A stretch of DNA of 63,995 bases, filler included, from Stramenopiles sp. TOSAG23-6 (lineage: Eukaryota), in the NCBI GenBank assembly GCA_900128565.1. It is 5 parts of 5 records of this genome, joined end to end, with 100 filler letters (N's around TTAATTAATTAA, not from the genome) between each part and the next. Parts side by side here need not be neighbours in the genome. Positions count along the whole stretch, not along the records: positions 1 to 13,307 come from LT636170.1; positions 13,408 to 26,706 come from LT636171.1; 3 more parts are not named here. The stretch is one strand, 5' to 3'. Below are positions 9,101 to 19,070 of the stretch, in pieces. Within the stretch, counting starts at the first letter, position 1. Each line of letters starts with the position of its first letter. The notes beneath the pieces were generated by a model. The model worked only from the letters and a program-made list of their open reading frames with translations. It was not told the DNA's origin and made no database searches. Both the position numbers and the translations under genes were made by a program.

Positions 9101-10878
9101 ACAACATTTCGTATGAAACAAAAATGTTAAAAAAAACATACCTACGAGGTAAAAATCCACGACCAACAAGTGTTGTGAAGAAATATGTTTTCGGTTTGAA
9201 ATTTGTTAGGTATGATATTTCATACGAAAAAAAAAAATCGAAATGAAAATGAAGATTTTTTTTTTCGGTAAAAAAAAAAAAAAAATTCGTTAGGTACAAA
9301 ATTTCGTACTAAAAAAAAAAAAAATTCGAAATTGGTAAAAAACGGACAACAAACAAATGCTTCTAATACCGAAGATTTTCCTGCACTCTGACCTCCAACA
9401 ACAGCTATGGCGGGGAGATCCATTTCAAAATCATTGTTTGCTTCACTGACGGACGACATGGCATCTTGAAGAGTATTTATGAGTTCAACAATATCGGACA
9501 TATCATTTAAATTAAGCCCTTTGGCATTATCCACAGCACTCAAAATTTTACCAGTACCTACATTGTGAAAAAATATTTTAAAAAAAGTCGTTAGGTACGA
9601 AATTTCGTACGAAAAAAAAAATTAAATTCGAAATTGAAAAAAAATAAACGTACCTTCGTCAAAATGTCTTTGGAGAATTTTCGTACTTGCTTTACGAGCC
9701 AGGCTACGACCGACACTTGCATTTAGAGGAGCTTTTATGCGTGATTCATTGTTTTGAATTTGAGATTGGCGTTTTTGTTGTTGGAGACGTTTTAGACGGG
9801 AATTTTCAATTTCGGACTCTTTTGCTCTTGTTGTCATTCTTTCTAATTCTTTTGTTAGTCTAGCAATTTCGATCCTTTGCTCTGATGAATCCTGGGACGA
9901 AATTGTGGGCACAGATGATGCATTGATTCTTTCATTACGCTCTCTTTCCATTCTTTCTTTTCTTTTGCGATCACGCTCCGCTCGTTTTCTTTCCCTCTCT
10001 CGTTGCTTATCAGACTTACCATTTCCAAGGTCTTGTTGGATCGATATATCACGCACCACTGCGCGACTATCCAATTGTTTTTGTTTCTCATCTAATCGTC
10101 TACGTTCTTCTGCTTCTCGNTCTATTCTTTGTTTCTCATCTAANTGNCTTCGTTGTTCTTCCATTCGCTTCTGCCTCTCGTCAAATTGTCTACGTTCTTC
10201 TTCCAATCGTTTTTGTTTCTCGCGAAACTGTCTACGCTCTTCTGCTTCTCGTTCCACTTTTCGTTTCTCCTCTAATCGACGTGCTTCGGATTTTCGTTCA
10301 GCTTCATCGGCAAGTGCTTTCTGTTCTTCTAATCGTTTGCTCCGCCTAGCTTGATCAAGAAGTCGCTGCATATCTTCATCACGAAGCATTTTAGATCGTC
10401 GATCGCGGCGTTTCCTCTCTTCTTCTAGTTCTGACATCTCGGCTGCTTTTTTCTCAGCCAACTTTTTTTGCAACTTTGCTTTTTTTGCAGCCTTTCTTGC
10501 AGCAAGGCGTTCTAAAACGGCTGCTTGACGGAAAGCTTTGTTTTCTTCTTCTGAAGCATCTCTTGATGAAATGGATGCCTTTTTGCGTATTGGAGGTGAG
10601 GATGAAATTGCAGTGGACGGAACTAGTCGTAAGTTCTTCGATTTATAATGTCTTTCTCCAGCGATACCCCAGTCAACGAGCCACTTGTCCAATGAATCAT
10701 TCCATGATATTATCGTACCGGTAAGACCTGACTTGGAACCAGCGATTGCTTCAACGGAATCTCCAGGCTTCCAATCACTTTGAGTCGGTGGCATTGAAGG
10801 AAGCAATCTAAATCTTAGACAATTTGTAAGAATTGAAAAATTTAAGAATTGGATTATATTACAAATTTACAATGTCAT
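6126..10878 (-). CDS. Dynamin-family GTPase with N-terminal coiled-coil extension, GTPase, middle, PH and GED domains (7 exons)
   Basis: Exons 10878-10871, 10807-9654, 9557-9355, 9167-9142, 8963-8628, 8526-7470, 7373-6126 join in frame. Motifs [79 protein letters not shown]. Confidence 0.9.
7374..7469 (-). other. Family intron, GT..TT (96 nt)
   Basis: CGC|GTGTGT...TTGTACCTAAC...CACCATACTT|GTA; joins IGR-VIAKI in frame. Confidence 0.75.
8527..8627 (-). other. Family intron, AT..AT (101 nt)
   Basis: TGC AT|ATAAGT...GTACCTAAT...ACAATACAT|C ATA; restores dynamin [11 protein letters not shown]. Confidence 0.85.
8964..9141 (-). other. Composite intron, GT..AG (178 nt): family element (9057-9141) plus unrelated 3' part
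   Basis: CGT AG|GTATGT...GTACCTAAC...CACATCAG...GATAG|T AAT GGT; restores [13 protein letters not shown]. Confidence 0.8.
9168..9354 (-). other. Family intron, GT..TT (187 nt, two internal cores)
   Basis: GCA TTT|GTTTGT...CACAACACTT|GTT GGT; restores [15 protein letters not shown]. Confidence 0.85.
9558..9653 (-). other. Family intron, GT..AG (96 nt)
   Basis: GAA G|GTACGT...GTACGAAATTTCGTACCTAAC...CACAATGTAG|GT ACT; in frame. Confidence 0.85.
10808..10870 (-). other. Putative ordinary GT-AG intron (63 nt), not of the family
   Basis: ATG ACA TT|GTAAAT...CTAAGATTTAG|A TTG gives an in-frame ATG start. Confidence 0.5.
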
Positions 10879-11109
10879 AATCTTTTTCTCTCTCTTTGAT
10901 TTTTGATTTCCGAATTGATTTTTTTTGATTGCGGATTGATGATTTTGAACTTGAAGTTGAGAGTTCAAATACAGGTTTGTTCCCATTTGGGATGAAAAGT
11001 TTTTTTTGCTGTCAAATGAAATTTTCCATCGAATGTATTCTTTTCTGTGCGCACTGCTCAAAAGATATAAACACGATCAATTCAAACACTCCAACTTATT
11101 TATCATCCA

Positions 11110-12090
11110 ATGGCAATGCTAAGGAAACACCTTTTTGTTCTTTTGAATATAATTCGTGTCTTTGAAAGCACATCTATGGGAAATTTTCCTTTAAAAACCG
11201 AAGAAGGTATTCTATTTGATCCAGTTTTTGCTCAACCAACAAACGAACGAGAAAGGAAAGCAATAGCACTCGTAAAATCCAATGCATTAAAAAATGGGCA
11301 TTTGGCCCTTGAAATATTTAATCAAGAGTCAGAAATATGGGGTAATAATGGTGCATATACTAATATCGGTCACACATTTTTGATTTTGTTTAAGGAACTT
11401 TCAAAAGTAGAAAGCCTTGAATTACTTCAACAAGTTCAAATTTTGGAACAAGCAAAAGAAGCTTATGAGGAGTCCTTCAAAATATTTGCCTCAGAAGCGG
11501 CTCGAAGAGACATACAGAATGCAGCTAACCATTTTTTTTATTTCTTACACCCACACACCCGACGTCACTTAACTCTTAAAAGAATACCTGGAAAAGACAA
11601 TTATGTAAACAGACAANCAGGTTACTGGTTGCATAGGATACCCCCTTCAACACCGCTAATTTGTTTACTTCAACCTAACCACCTATCACACTGGCTTAAA
11701 AAATTTAACGGACGCCCACAGNCGCCGCCTGGTTTTGAGAATCATGAGGCTGGTGAAATGCCTGATTTTGGTAATGAACATCGTTTTGATCAAATAGAAG
11801 TTCTTTCTTTGGTGCTCAGAGAAGAAGAAATCGACGGACCGACATTTGACATTTTAATTGTACATTTTTATTTAAAAAAAAATATCTAAAATTGTACGAA
11901 AATTTGTACCTAACGACATTCAAATTTGACATATTCTTTCACAATATTTGGTTCCGATGGCTCAAATCTCAAAGAGTTGGGCATCGAGGACGATGAACTT
12001 CGTCATGATATTTCAGAAAGTTGGCTTCAAGAGTTGAAAAGATTTTATGAAATGAATGATGTATATGACACACAAAAAAAAAGGTGCTGA
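11110..12090 (+). CDS. Protein with helical (TPR-like) region and C-terminal SAM domain (2 exons)
   Basis: Splicing 11860-11949 gives the SAM-like LREEEIDGPTFDILI-GSDGSNLKELGIED; stop TGA 12088-12090. Confidence 0.65.
11860..11949 (+). other. Family intron, GT..TT (90 nt)
   Basis: ATT|GTACAT...GTACCTAAC...CACAATATTT|GGT; completes the SAM domain. Confidence 0.8.
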
Positions 12091-12239
12091 AAATAAAGTT
12101 GTAACATAGTAAAATAAAAAAGATATATTATGTATTATATATTTTTGTACATGGGACAAATTTATAGTACGAATAAATCTACAAGCCCTCTTATATCCTT
12201 CTAAAAATAACAAAACGATAAATAAAATTGACATTTTCA

Positions 12240-13253
12240 TTACACAGTCATNGTCGANTCAACATATCGACAAAGCATTTCGTTCAGAGGACCCACGGGT
12301 AGAGAGCCTGCCATTCCATAAATAGGCGCGTTACCCGAGGCTCCTTCTTCCCAATCTTTAATAGTTAAAGGCTTCGCTTCGCCCTCTTTAATTAAAGCAT
12401 TAAAGCAATTCCGTAAATCNGACTCAAATTTCTGAATCACACCATCNTCAGTATGTAGCATTGTGATACATAAATGAACAGATGCAGGTGATTGTAAATT
12501 GTTAAGACTCCAACCTAGTTTACTCATTTTATCAGAAAGAACAAAAACATTTACTTTTACACCACTACGTTCATCAACGACGGAACCAAACGATATCACC
12601 ATAGCTACTGGATTTCCGAGAACTTCAAGACCTGAAATGGAATCAATAGTTTTCTTTACTTCAGCTGCAGCTTCCATAATTTTCTCAGTTGCTCTCATAT
12701 ATCCTTCCTCACCCATACGAACCATAGCGGCCCATGTAGATGCCAAGAGTGCTCCCGGGCGAGATCCTGCAATTGTAGCAGTGGCATAGAGACCACCTGT
12801 CCATTTTGGATATGTAAAGTATTGATAGCGACGCATAGATTCATTTCGATATAATACAACTGATGTTCCTTTGCAGCTATAACCATATTTATGAGTATCC
12901 ACTGACATAGCAGTTACACCAGGTAAACTGAAGTCGAAATCTGGAATAGAACATCCAAGTTTTTTTGCAAATGGAAGGATAAAGTACTGTGAAAAATATA
13001 TTTTTTTTTACGAAAATTTTTTTGTTAGGTACGGAATTTCACACAAAAAAATTCATGGTACAAAAAATTCAATTGTAAAAACTTACAATCCCCCTAAGCA
13101 ACAATCTACATGGAGGCCAACATTATATTTGACTGCAAGACTGGAAAGTTTATCTATAGGATCTATAGTACCTTGAGCAAAGCTTGGTGCGGAACCAACT
13201 AACATAATAGTATTCGATGTAATAAAACTTTCTACATCTGATCCACGAAGTTT
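12240..13253 (-). CDS. SGPL1: Sphingosine-1-phosphate lyase (PLP-dependent), 5'-truncated by gap
   Basis: [59 protein letters not shown]. Confidence 0.92.
12982..13086 (-). other. Family intron, GT..TT (105 nt)
   Basis: GGA TT|GTAAGT...CACAGTACTT|T ATC; restores [13 protein letters not shown]; the CAG 5 nt upstream is out of frame. Confidence 0.9.
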
Positions 13254-13307
13254 ATGTATTTTGGAAAAATATTTCAAAAAAAATCTAAAAAATTTTGTTA
13301 GGTACAA
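13254..13307 (-). other. Family intron 3' half (..AT), truncated by gap
   Basis: TTGTACCTAAC...TTTCCAAAATACAT|AAA CTT. Confidence 0.8.
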
Positions 13308-13407
13308 NNNNNNNNNNNNNNNNNNNNNNNNNNNNNNNNNNNNNNNNNNNNTTAATTAATTAANNNNNNNNNNNNNNNNNNNNNNNNNNNNNNNNNNNNN
13401 NNNNNNN
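13308..13407. other. Artificial contig linker / assembly gap
   Basis: 100 nt: N-run, TTAATTAATTAA (stops in all frames), N-run. Confidence 0.97.
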
Positions 13408-13408
13408 C

Positions 13409-16400
13409 CTTGGAATTAAATCTGATTTAACAATACAAAATACGTCACCTCTTCATATGATTCGATGGCATCGTGTAATTGTGGATGAATCACATGCAAT
13501 TAAAAATGTCGGTAATAAAATGTCCGAGGCATGTTGTAAATTAGAAAGTGATCGTCGTTGGTGTGTAACTGGTACTCCTTTCAATACTTCAACGAGTGAC
13601 CTTGTAGGACAATTAAAGTTTTTAAAAGTACATGGATTGGATGATCATCGTTTATGGGAACAAAGAGTTGAAAAGCCATGGGCGTCTTATAAATCTCGTG
13701 CTTCTCATAATGGTGGTATTGTCCCTCCTGGAGCCTTACTTTCTGTTTTAAAAAATACAATGGTACGACATGAAATGAAGCAAAAGTGGGGCCTGAAAAA
13801 TGTTCGGCAATTATTAACACTTCCACCAAAAATTGAAAGTTGTCGTGTGATTGAATGGGATGCGAATACTTTAGAGAAATATACTTCTTTACAAAAAGAT
13901 GCATTTACAAAATTCAAAAAAATTAGAGATCAAGGTCCAAATGAAATTTCACGAAATACTTTTAAATTGTTGACTTTACTTCGATTGTTGAGACAATATT
14001 GTAGTTCAGGTAGTCTTGCACCACCAACAGCATCTTCGACATCATCGGCAACACCTGTAACTAATGCAGCTCTTGAAAAACATCGAAGTAAAGAGTTAGT
14101 TTTAGATGAATTAGATAAATGTCCTATTTGTCATGATGATCAGACACTTCCTGCTGCACCAACAACATGCAAGCATTCATTTTGTTATGATTGTATTGCA
14201 GGATTATGTAATTCTTTCGAGGGTAAAGAAATTTCATGTCCGAAATGTCATGTCAAAATGAAAGGAATTAATCATATTCGACCAGTACGACTTACTCCTG
14301 CAGCAGAAAAGAAAATAAAAGATGCTAATGATGCTAAAGTTGCCGCGAACAAACTCAATGTTGAGGATATGCTGAAACTACCAAAGATAAAGGCATTAAT
14401 TGAGGAACTAAAAATATTACGAGCAGCTGACTCTACTTCCAAAGTACTTATATTTAGTCAGTTTAAACATACACTAGAACACCTTAAACTCGCTCTGTCG
14501 GCATCTGGTTTTCAATATAGAACTCTCACCGGAGATATGACTTTGAAAAAACGAGCCAAAGCTCTGTCAGAATTCCAAAATGATCCACCAACAACTGTCT
14601 TCCTGTTGTCTATGAGAGCTGGTGCTGTAGGTATCAATCTAACTCAAGCAAATCATGTTTTTCTAATGGAACCGTGCATGAATCAAGCATTGGAAGATCA
14701 AGCAATAGGTCGTGTTCATCGAATCGGACAAAAACGAAATGTGAAAATTCGAAGATTTGTCATTTCTAAATCAATAGAGTCACGAATTCGTGCAATGGCA
14801 ATTGCCAAAGTTGCAAAAGCCACAAAACATTCAAGTAACAAGTCAAAGAATTCTCCTGAAATTGCCGAGGAAGACATTTGGAGAAGTAAACTCAAAGTTG
14901 GCAATCACGTAGATGCTCAAGAAAAAGGCGGGAAATGGTTGGAAGGTCGAGTCGTCAGTATAGTGGACAATAAATGCAAGATTCGTTTCCGAGGTTGGAA
15001 AGTGGGTGAAAATAAAGATACTTATGATGAAACCTTTGATCTTTCTAAACATATCGATTGTGATAAAATACAAAAAAAATATACCGTTGTCAAAAATTGG
15101 CGTAAATATATGAAGAATGGTGACTATGTAGAGTGTTATGACTCGGAGGATAAAAAATGGTATTGTCGAAGATTACGTAGTAGTCCATGTATGTTTAATT
15201 TTTTTTCAAATTTAATTTTTTTTTCGTACTAAATTTTGTACCTAACAATTTTTTAGATTTTTTTTGAAATATTTTTCCAAAATACATCAGATAACTCTGT
15301 TTATCTTTTTCTTGGAGGTAAAAATGGTGCTTCGTATGGTCGTATAACTTCTTCATGCGATTCCGATAGTATCCAACGTTTGGGTGTTAATCTTGATTTA
15401 GAAGAAGTAGAAGAAGGTAGGTTGAAGAATATTGCAGAAAGATTTATGGAAAAGGTAGAAAGAATGACAGACCGCGAAGCTTCAGCTAGAAGAAAATCTT
15501 CAGCGAGTCGTTTGTCTGTTGGATCAAAGTTTGCTGGTAGTGTTGTTTCAGATAAGCAAATGTTACGCCAAGAAGAATTTAATGGGTTATTTGATCCCGA
15601 ATCAAGTTTTACACTACGCAATGTTGTAAGTGCTTCTTCAAAAGATAATATTTCAGTAAAAAAACAGACATTTGTTTCAGTTAAAGAAGCGCCTAAAGAA
15701 TTACCGAAAAACGAAAATGTTCTTCAAAATAATGCTAGTCAAACATTGGAAAACCAAGATACTAAAATGCCAAAGAAAATTAATGTAAGTGGTAAGTTAA
15801 AATCATCTGATAATGAAAATGTAATATTGTGTGAATCATTAACAATTAAGTGTCCGGCGGATCTAAATGAAAATCGTTATTTACGTGTCGTTACATCAAA
15901 TAGTATTGTTATGGTGACTCCTGTGCCAAAGGAAATCAAAGCGGGTGAAACATTTTGTATTGATGGACCACCGGGAAGTAATAAAGATGATATTCATATA
16001 ACTAATTTTGAAATGAAGGAAAAAATGGATATTTGTTTGAATGCAGACCCAGAAATACGAAATATTATAAAAATACCCGTTGCTAATACCGCGAATGATA
16101 ATACTCATACAAAGAAAAGTACTATTATAAAGATACCAGTTGCCAACATCTCATCTAAAAACAAAAGCGAATCTGTACAGGAAAACATCTCATCTAAAAA
16201 CAAAAGCGAATCCGTACAGGAAAACATCTCATCTAAAAACAAAAGCGAATCTGTACAGGAAACATTTTGTGTATGTAAAACGACCAACGGCAATGGTTTC
16301 TTCGTTGGATGTGAAGGCTGTGATGGTTGGTATCATCCAAAGTGTATTGGTCTTAGTGAGGATCAATGCTCAAACTTGAGTGATACGTGGCGTTGTCCTT

Positions 16401-16906
16401 CTTGTCCTCCATACAAACCGAAAACAACGTCAAAGAAACGGCGAAGGACTAGTATTGAAAAAGTTGTGACGGACAAAAAACAAAAGAAAAATCTCAATAC
16501 TAAAACAAATGTTGATAATAATAATATTAAAGAGAATAAGTCTATTCTAAGTAATAAACAACCAAAAAGTCAAATTAAACAAAACGATAATGCCAATAGA
16601 AGAAAACGACGAAACAGNTTCGATATAGCTGGTATTTTTAGTAGTATGACATCACCGACGAAGAAAACAAAACTTGACTTGAAAACACAAAATGTTCATG
16701 GAACACCAACTGCAGAAATGGAACTAATTCGAAATAGATCTTGGACTAAAGGTGAAGAAATTTGGTGTTTGTTCAATGGAAAAAGGTATGCTGCTGTTGT
16801 ACTAAATGTGGCACGTGCCGCTCTAGTAATACGATACAAATCAGATAGGGCGAAGGAAAAGATTCGGTGGAGCCAAGTTGGTACTCGAGTTACAAAGAAG
16901 AAATAA
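13409..16906 (+). CDS. SNF2-family helicase, Rad5/HLTF/SHPRH-like (RING inserted), with C-terminal Tudor-like and PHD domains; 5'-truncated
   Basis: SPLHMIRWHRVIVDESH, WCVTGTP, RING CPIC..CKHSFCYDC..CPKC, LIFSQF, GINLTQA, QAIGRVHRIGQ; PHD FCVCK..CEGCDGWYHPKC..WRCPSC; exons joined by intron 15189-15287. Confidence 0.9.
15189..15287 (+). other. Family intron, GT..AT (99 nt)
   Basis: CCA T|GTATGT...CCAAAATACAT|CA GAT; in frame with the 15380 ORF (a CAG 3 nt downstream is also in frame). Confidence 0.8.
16144..16263 (+). repeat. Coding minisatellite, 39 bp x3 (NISSKNKSESVQE)
   Basis: Near-identical tandem units just before the PHD finger. Confidence 0.9.
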
Positions 16907-17042
16907 TCTATTTATACTTTTTTATTTTTATTGGTATTTAATAATTATGTTGAATGTACATATTATCTTTAGAATAGATATAATAAATATATATTTTATT
17001 TTGTACCTTGCAAACTTGCAAACTATTGCATTTTGTATCTAC

Positions 17043-18086
17043 TTATTTTTTGTATTTACCTGACGGACTTCGAGACTTCGATCTGTTACTATTCGTACTC
17101 CGTTTACTAGATGGTTTACTTTCTCCACGCCTACTATTTGTCATTGGTTTGCCATATCGGCGACCACCATCAACCTTTCCTCTTCCCATTCGTTTTCTCA
17201 TTCTATTTTGAGTTTTTTCATAACGCAATCTTATTTTTGTAGCTCGCTTCCTCCCAGAGTGCCCCCGAACAATTGATTGGATACTAGTTGCACAACTTGC
17301 TATATATTCCTGTCTTAAAATTTTCTTTTTTTCCTCTCTCTGGATTCGTCTTCTTTTCAGTTCACGTTTTGCTTCATCACGCAAAAACTTTTGCCTTTGA
17401 CAACTTTGGATTATTTTAGCCGCATTAGTGTATCGTATCCGTTTTTCCTTTGCATATTGTCTACCCATTTGACCCCGCCATATTCGTTGCAAAGAGGTTG
17501 CACCATAATTGTCTTTTTCTATCTTTCTACGTTGGTGATACAGTTGTCTTTTCGTAAGATAAATACGCGCCACAACTTGTATTTGACGAGCTGCTTTTTC
17601 GTGCTGGATACGTCGTTTTCTTCGAGCTTCTTTTCTTTGCTTTTCTTTTAAAAGGCGATTTTCATAATTTTCCCTCAGTTTTTCTAAGTGTCTAATTCTT
17701 TCTTGTGCCATATCAGCAGACTTTAGTGCTTTGGCATGCTGACGCCGTAAAGCTTCCATAGATGAATCATGGTAAACATCTGGAAAACCTAAAGTAAATG
17801 CTGATGTTCGACCTCTCCAAGAGGATTCTTGAATTTTCTTTAAAGTTGAGTATCCATTTCGAAGAGAAGGATCATTCATAAGTTGACGGTTTGTAGTTTG
17901 ATACAAAGGGTGATTTATATTACCCGGAAGAGGTGTAGGGTTACCATAAGGTACCGGAGACTGGAAACCGAAGCTTGGAGAATTCAGTGAAGAACTACAA
18001 ACTTCATCACTCTCTGGTCTTCCTGATGATTTTGGGGTTGAGATAGTTAGAGCGCCTGGAATAGCAGGTAAATGGTTCTTTGACAT
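17043..18086 (-). CDS. IQ-motif (calmodulin-binding) coiled-coil protein
   Basis: AARQIQVVARIY, ATSLQRIWRGQMGR, AAKIIQSCQR, ATSIQSIVRGHSGR. Confidence 0.8.
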   Translation of the reverse strand: MSKNHLPAIPGALTISTPKSSGRPESDEVCSSSLNSPSFGFQSPVPYGNPTPLPGNINHPLYQTTNRQLMNDPSLRNGYSTLKKIQESSWRGRTSAFTLGFPDVYHDSSMEALRRQHAKALKSADMAQERIRHLEKLRENYENRLLKEKQRKEARRKRRIQHEKAARQIQVVARIYLTKRQLYHQRRKIEKDNYGATSLQRIWRGQMGRQYAKEKRIRYTNAAKIIQSCQRQKFLRDEAKRELKRRRIQREEKKKILRQEYIASCATSIQSIVRGHSGRKRATKIRLRYEKTQNRMRKRMGRGKVDGGRRYGKPMTNSRRGESKPSSKRSTNSNRSKSRSPSGKYKK

Positions 18087-18353
18087 TATCCTTTCAGATA
18101 ACTATTAAAAAAGATACAGTTAGTATGGTAATCAAAGGAGACCTTCAATGATGTAAGTTGTAACTGTAGCTATTTTTTTTGACCTAAAAGAAGATTTTCC
18201 AGATTTTTCGTGATGTTTTCGTTTTGACTTTGTCTTCTTTTTGGCCATTTTTCTCTCTCTCTCCGAGAAGGTTCTCTGTTGTCGGGTATAAATGTCTGTA
18301 GAAGACTTCAATTTAACAACTGCGGTACATTGCTTTATCTTCTTACAGAAACT

Positions 18354-18966
18354 ATGGATACTTTCAAGCAGCGCGTCAGCAAGCAATTGGATTCATTAAA
18401 TGAAGTGTGTTATATTTGCTTGTATACGTCTTCTCGTGTTAAGTTTTTGTAAAGTATCCAGTTTTCACTCACACGTGCATCATTTCTTCATATTATAATT
18501 AACACAGGAACTTCATCAATATTCGGCTTTCCGATTCATGGAATACGCAACTGGTTTCCCAAAGATCTATGTTGCCCTCGTACTTAGTATTTTCGCATCG
18601 ATGTTTTTATTTTTTGGTTTAGGTGATTCAGGACTCTGTAACCTTGTCGGTTTTATTTATCCAATGTTCATGTCATTCAAGGCTCTTGAGTCCGAAGAAC
18701 CCATTGATATTCAATGGTTGGCATATTGGATTATTTTCTCATTTTTTCTTCTGCTAGAAAACTTCCTCGAACTCCTATTGTTCTGGTTTCCCTTTTATTA
18801 TGCATTTAAGATAGGTTTTCTTATATTTTGTTTGTTACCTGGTACTCGCGGAGCTTCGTTTGTGTTTCAAAATATTCTTCGGCCTTTATTGAAAGAGTTT
18901 TGTTCAAGTGTACGAATGTCTGAAGATACTAGTACTACTAATAATGATTCAAAAAAGGACAAATAA
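18354..18966 (+). CDS. REEP5/YOP1 (TB2/DP1/HVA22) ER-shaping protein (2 exons)
   Basis: NLVGFIYPMFMSFKALES, QWLAYWIIF, WFPFYYAFK; exon 1 18354-18404 MDTFKQRVSKQLDSLNE joins ELHQY. Confidence 0.88.
18405..18507 (+). other. Ordinary GT-AG intron (103 nt), not of the family
   Basis: GAA|GTGTGT...ATTAACACAG|GAA; branch-like motif adjacent to the AG; no family core. Confidence 0.75.
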
Positions 18967-19070
18967 GTGTAATAAACTAGAAAAGAAAAAAATATTCATT
19001 ACTTTTATATATCATCAGAGTTGGGTTTTGTCATCAAGATATTAAAATTATTGATTACTTTTATATATCA

